Assembly: GCA_038212035.1 (NCBI GenBank)
Contig: JBBQUZ010000010.1
Location: 2,662 to 66,661 of the forward strand
Reading direction: 5' to 3'
DNA length: 64,000 nucleotides
Source: Fimbriimonadales bacterium
GTDB taxonomy: Bacteria > Armatimonadota > Fimbriimonadia > Fimbriimonadales > Fimbriimonadaceae
The notes beneath the pieces are model-generated. The model ran no database searches, was not told the DNA's origin, and saw nothing but the letters and a program-made list of their open reading frames with translations. Within the stretch, counting starts at the first letter, position 1. Each line of letters starts with the position of its first letter. The position numbers and the translations under genes are program-made. Of this stretch, positions 63,619 to 64,000 are shown piece by piece.

Positions 63619-64000
63619 ATGATTGACCGCTACACCACGCCCGCAATGAATGCCATCTGGTCTAGAAAGGCCAAATACAACTTCTGGAGGGACGTTGAGC
63701 TTGCCATTGTGGATGGTCACGTGGCCTTTGGAACCGTGCCTGCCGAGGCGGCCGAGTTTGTGCGCAAACACTCGTCATTTGAACTCACACGCTGTGATGA
63801 ATTAGAAAAAGAAACGCGCCACGATTTAATGGCCTTTGTTAGAAACCTCAGCGAAACCGTGCAGGCAGCAGAGGGTGCAGACCAAAAGGAAACCCGAGCC
63901 CGATTCATCCACCTTGGCGTCACCAGCTACGATGTCATCGATACCGCTTTGGGGATGATGTTGCGAGACTCGTGCCAGGTGATCCTCAACTCCGGCGAAA
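63619..64000 (+). CDS. purB: adenylosuccinate lyase, N-terminal part (runs off the window end)
   Basis: Absent from the ORF track. Manual translation from the ATG at 63619 gives MIDRYTTPAMNAIWSRKAKYNFWRDVELAIVDGHVAFGTVPAEAAEFV...ETRHDLMAFV...IHLGVTSYDVIDTA. This contains PurB N-terminal signatures. Confidence 0.9.
   Translation, partial: MIDRYTTPAMNAIWSRKAKYNFWRDVELAIVDGHVAFGTVPAEAAEFVRKHSSFELTRCDELEKETRHDLMAFVRNLSETVQAAEGADQKETRARFIHLGVTSYDVIDTALGMMLRDSCQVILNSGE

Noticed and set aside
1-64000. CRISPR arrays, IS elements, rRNA genes and prophage
   Set aside because: A visual scan found no regularly spaced 25-40-bp direct repeats, no transposase- or integrase-like ORFs other than the Xer-family recombinase, and no rRNA signatures.

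Overview
This window reads as ordinary bacterial chromosome: densely packed genes, many with overlapping stop and start codons, mostly housekeeping and central metabolism. I saw no rRNA, tRNA, CRISPR array, transposase or prophage genes. I could not run any search or alignment, so every call rests on motifs read by eye.

Two pilin-like paralogs share the N-terminus (R/K)(R/S)[29 protein letters not shown]. This suggests an Armatimonadota- or Planctomycetota-like lineage, but that is inference only.

**Recognisable genes**
- Metabolism: E2 acyltransferase (partial), phhA, a fumarylacetoacetate hydrolase (FAH)-family hydrolase, an M16 peptidase, trpE, an orphan leuD-like gene, an aldehyde dehydrogenase, glgP, and an acyl-CoA dehydrogenase.
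- Fatty-acid oxidation: a FadN-type bifunctional enzyme followed by etfB and etfA.
- Translation, replication and nucleotide genes: lysS, rsgA, rimI, tsaD, infC-rpmI-rplT, dnaB, purD, purB (partial), mazG and a PPK2.
- Envelope: a GT2 glycosyltransferase and two GT-C membrane glycosyltransferases.
- Other: an isolated flagellin gene, an S1/P1 nuclease and a XerC/D-family recombinase.

**Items most worth follow-up**
1. A LacI-family repressor, a CBM48-GH13 alpha-glucan hydrolase and a prepilin-like protein are joined by TAATG stop/start overlaps. Two paralogous small lipoproteins follow, and repeated operator-like sites sit at the promoter.
2. A regulator fuses an ArsR-type HTH to a CarH-like B12-binding module, next to beta-oxidation genes.
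3. infC appears to start at a non-canonical ATA codon behind a GAGGTG Shine-Dalgarno. Its reading frame also runs 155 nt out of frame into rpmI.
4. A CoiA-like nuclease has its CxxC motif upstream of any canonical start codon.
5. A stand-alone flavin-dependent halogenase-like gene carries the WxWxIP signature.
6. mazG is translationally coupled to a secreted S1/P1 nuclease that retains all nine zinc ligands.
7. A canonical HD-GYP protein is followed by a degenerate HD-GYP paralog.
8. A GC-rich intergenic element is flanked by 18-nt direct repeats and contains a perfect 18-bp hairpin.
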